Below are positions 60,194 through 64,000 of a stretch of 64,000 nucleotides of DNA, in pieces; the first letter of the stretch is position 1; every line of letters begins with the position of its first letter. A model generated the notes under the pieces. It was not told the DNA's origin and ran no database searches. It saw nothing but the letters and a program-made list of their open reading frames with translations. A program made the translations under genes and the position numbers. This DNA is from the human T2T-CHM13v2.0 reference genome, Homo sapiens. Where the stretch lies: NCBI RefSeq assembly GCF_009914755.1, contig NC_060925.1. One strand, given 5' to 3'.

Positions 60194-61819
60194 ATGTTCC
60201 CTAGTGGTAAGACGCCTCTATGCCTTGCCTTCTTTGGCTGGAGGTGTTCAACCCCTAAATGCAGTTTTCTTCGCCCTCTTGCTCTCCTGCTTACTAACCA
60301 ACCCCCAGAATGATTCCTCTCAGCCACAGTGGCTCTGCTTCCCCCCGGCTGATCTCTCAGCTCACCCTGACAGGTGGCTCGTGGAGGGGAGGAGGACCCT
60401 GGAGTCTGCACCAAGTAGACCTGAGATGCTAATGGCCCTCCTGCACAGGAGGCTGGGGAGAGCGGTAGGGCTAAAGCCTAGGACCGTGCAGTGTCTGGGA
60501 TTTCCTCTGCTTTTTCAACTAAAATCAGCTCTTTCCCAAAAGCCTGTGCTGCCTGTTGTGTTTTCTCTGTGTGTGTTTTGAAATGGCCTTGCGCACCCTC
60601 CAGACTCTCTGCCTCCGGGGCAAGTCTGCCTTTTCCCTGTTTCCACTTTGCATACTGCATAACTTCCTTCTCTGCCCCACATGGACACACGCCCTCTTAT
60701 TCATGCATCCGCGGCTCTTGCTGCATTCGCTCGGCAGCAAAGCCACAGGCTCCCTTGTGGATGTCCCTTGTGGAGATTTGTACTTTTTTACCCCACCAGC
60801 TTGGATGACCTCCAACTTTTCCCCTGTCTGTTGGCACATTGCTGGGATGGACACTGATCGGAACCCCAGGTCTGACCGCTCCCGATGACTTTACCGTACA
60901 CTTCTTGTTCCAGTTATGCCCCAGGGCCTAGTTTTCTGGTGGCTTTTGAAGCAGTTTGTGCACCTGCATAGGACCTCACTCTGTGGCCCTTTAAGGACCC
61001 CACCTACTTGTGTTTTCTTTTTTTTCTTTTCTTTTTTTTAGTTAGCATCCCTTTGGCAGGAGGAAAAATTCTTCCTTTGCCATTTGCAAGTTCTTACCAC
61101 CAAGCTCCAAGTCCTCCACAACTTCCTCTATGTCAAAAGAGCAAATAAACATTGCCTTCTCAAATCTAAGGGCTGCTGTTTTTGCAAGCAAAGCCTTTCC
61201 ATGAGCATCCCTCTCGCTTCCTCCCACTTCTTCCTGTAGCCTCCATTTCTCTAATCCTTCCACGCCCTTCTCAATATGCATCAAGATCTTCAAGGTCATA
61301 TTCAAAGGGAGGGAAGTCCAGCTCCCTCGAGGCAGTTAGCTGAAAAACAGGCTTCTCATCTACTTAAAGAACATGGGAAATGGAAATTTGAGGAAAGAGA
61401 TAATCAATTTGTTGTAGAATGCCCCGGGCAAGAGTCACTATAAGGTCATGGAGAAAAGGATCTAGGCTGGCTCAAGCCTGCAGGTGCAAGAGACCCACAG
61501 GACAGAGATGAAGGCTTGTTCCAGGTTAACATTACCATTAGAACAGAGATGAAGGCAAGGTTAGGGGTGCACAGTAAGACCAGTTCATTCCAGAACCCCA
61601 AGGATGGACAGGGGGTGCCTGGTTCACACCCTTATTTCCTCTGTTCTTAAGTGGATAATAGTGACGAGATGGGACGAAGGTTAAGGGGACATGGTAAGAC
61701 TGGTTTATTCCAGAATCCTAAGGACGAATGGGGGATGCCCTGTTCAGGATAGAGAAGTAACAGGGGATGCCTTCTTTTTCCTTTTTCCTTTTTTTTCCTC
61801 CTCTGTTCTCTCTTCACAA

Positions 61820-62300
61820 ATGGGTAATCATGTCTTCATAGCATGGGACATGCCCCCTGGTTGTATCCTCAAGAACTGGGAAAAATTTGATCCTCCTCAA
61901 ACCTAAAAACAAAAAACTAGTTTTCTTTTGTAATACTGTTTGGCCTAAAAACGAACTGAGAGAAAATTACAAAAGTCAACCTTAGAACCTAGTGCCCCTA
62001 TATAGGAAATCCTCAAATCAGCCTCCTCAGTCTTTTGTAACTAAAAGCAGAATAAGGAGGACAGGGCTAAGGAGAAAGGGAAATGCAGGGACAAGAGACA
62101 GGCTCAACAACTGGCTGCTTTACAAGCTCTCCAGCCCCCTTCAGGTTACCCTAAGGACAGTCCTTCAGGTAACTGTCATTGGTGTGGGAAGCCAGGCCAC
62201 TGGAAGGCAAACTGCCCCAATGAGATAAATGGGAAAAAGCCCGGCACAGCTTGCCCCTTTGCCACAAGCTCTGCCACTGGAAAAGAACTGCTCTGACGGC
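61820..62300 (+). pseudogene. gag: Decayed gag remnants (matrix N-terminus and nucleocapsid zinc knuckles)
   Basis: MGNHVFIAWDMPPGCILKNWEKFDPPQT* from 61820; CHWCGKPGHWKANCP at 62174-62218. Confidence 0.85.
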
Positions 62301-62396
62301 CGAAGGACTGGATCCCAATCCCTGATGGCCTTGAGCTGAAGGAGACCTCTGCTCTGGCTGGCTTCCAAGTCAGACATTGTCATCAGCAAGACAAAG

Positions 62397-62830
62397 CCAA
62401 GGGCAACAGTAGAGGTAGCAAGTAAAATTATACATTTCCCTTTTGGGTTCAAGAGCTGCCTAGTCTATGCTAATCTACTTCTCTAAGCAACTCTTCTCCA
62501 AATCCTATCAGGTAACAGGGCAAATGTCACCCTCTCCCTCTAAAAGAAAAGATTCACACCCCTTTAGGACAAAAATATACTTTCCAAAATGGGTGGCTGC
62601 TTAATATGTACCCAACCTCTGAATTCACCTTCCTCTCTAATAGCCCTATTTCTCCCAAAAAGCTACCTAAATCTTTAACCGATAACTTCAACCTGTACCA
62701 TCCTACTTCAGGGGTTTAAAAATAGCCCACACTTATTTGGATGAGCCCTAGCAAAAATCTAACCGAGCAATCTCTTGAGGGGAAACAACTTCTACAGTAT
62801 GTAGATAACCTCCTCATTTGCTTCCCCTTC
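62397..62830 (+). pseudogene. pol: Decayed protease and reverse transcriptase remnants
   Basis: PRATVEVASKIIHF (protease N-terminus-like); TILLQGFKNSPHLFG*ALA from 62697; LLQYVDNLLIC with YVDN at 62798-62809. Confidence 0.85.
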
Positions 62831-63134
62831 ACAGGACACACACAACAACATGCAGTACAAACCATAAATTCCTAACAGAAGGAAAATAACTTTTCTCTAA
62901 TTCAAAGGTTATAAAGGTAAAGAGGTATTTTTGTTAAGGAAGATTATAAAGAAAAGAAATTTTATATGAGAAAGGATCTTTTGTCGTAAATTTGCGTCCT
63001 AAAGAAAAATAACTGATTGTTTAAAAAGAGGGATGCTTAGGACAAGTGAGAAAGTCCAAGCTTTTCATAGATGTTCTGTGTAAGTCATGAAAAGATTTGT
63101 GAAAGGGAATTTATAAAAGAAATATCAAACAATT

Positions 63135-63492
63135 TTGTTTTGTTTTGTTTATTTATTTTTACAATTTTTAATTTTTGTGAGTACACAGTAGGCATATATA
63201 TGTATGGCGTACATGAGATATTTTGATACAAGCATACAATGTGTAATAATCACATCAGGATAAATGGGGTATCTATCACTTCAAACATTTATCCTTTCTT
63301 TGTGTTACAATCTAATTATAGTCTTATAGTTATTTTTAAATGTACAATAAATTATTGTTGACTGTAGTTACCCTGTTGTGCTATCAAATACTAGATCTTA
63401 TTCATTCTAACTAACTATATTTTCATATCCAATAACCATCCCCCATTCTACTCCTCCACTACCCTTCCCAGACTCTGGTAACCATCATTCTA
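63135..63492 (-). mobile_element. L1MA-type 3' end, antisense
   Basis: tttttgtgagtacacagtaggc...gtacatgagatattttgatac...actacccttcccagactctggtaaccatcattcta. Confidence 0.88.
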
Positions 63493-63779
63493 ACACAAAT
63501 GTGAATTACAATGTTCTAATGTGAATTTAGAAATGTTTCGCTTCTCAGTAATTTTGTGATATGAACAAACATTACCAAAAACACAAGATTCTATTTTTCT
63601 AGTAAAATACCCTATGGTAGAATTTCAAATATCATGTTGGATTCTTTTCGTGTTTATTTGGATGAAAATAAGGTATGTTAAGTAAGTGTAATTATCTCAT
63701 TTTTATACTGCTTGTATACTTTCTTGAGAAGTTCAGAACTATTTCTTCTCTGATAAAGATAATAACGTTATATATACTT

Positions 63780-64000
63780 TCACAAAGAACAAGCATGGTT
63801 TTTAACCTGTTAAATTGAAATTCATACTACTAAATAAATGAATAAATAAGTAAATAAATAGAGGAAGCAGTGGAACTTCTTTCTTACAGTAGAATACCAA
63901 GTAATTAATGTAGAAGGAATGATGAAAATAGCAAACCACCATATGACACTATTATGGTTATAATTTATTCAGATAGGGATCATCCACAAATATTAAGGCT
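63780..64000 (+). mobile_element. L1MC/L1MD-type 3' UTR (continuation)
   Basis: ttcttacagtagaatacc...aatgtagaaggaatgatg...aaccaccat. Confidence 0.65.

Larger units (their letters stand above)
60171..63130 (+). mobile_element. ERV1 internal region (MER50-int-like), internally deleted and 3'-truncated
   Basis: PBS, long leader, gag/pro/RT remnants, AT-rich tail; no env or 3' LTR seen. Confidence 0.85.

Overview
Primate (human or ape-like) nuclear genomic DNA, intergenic or deep intronic. It is CpG-depleted, with no CpG island and no protein-coding exon, tRNA, rRNA or CRISPR array that I can support. The exact locus and gene cannot be identified from sequence alone. The window is dominated by interspersed repeats: about 42 Alu/FLAM copies by hand count, L1 pieces of several ages, MIR/L2, DNA-transposon fossils (MER58A, Tigger4a, Tigger2a, MER5A), solo LTRs (MLT1, MLT2, MST, THE1, LTR8-type), and a truncated MER50-type ERV1 provirus (59.4-63.1 kb) with a tRNA-His PBS and collapsed gag/pro/RT remnants. 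The ORFs I could assign are repeat-derived (Alu, L1, ERV, simple repeats); the rest resemble nothing I recognise and look like chance ORFs. I did not find a new coding system. The best candidate for unannotated function is a largely repeat-poor block at 28.5-32.9 kb: a tandem CTCF-like motif pair, an AP-1/MAF-CRE motif cluster, and a 1.2-kb purine-rich VNTR with about 55 GATA motifs. Several unusual rearrangement scars are also present (chimeric Alu, fold-back Alu, templated inversion in an L1). Repeat subfamily names come from recalled consensus features and boundaries are hand-estimated, so both need RepeatMasker/Dfam confirmation.
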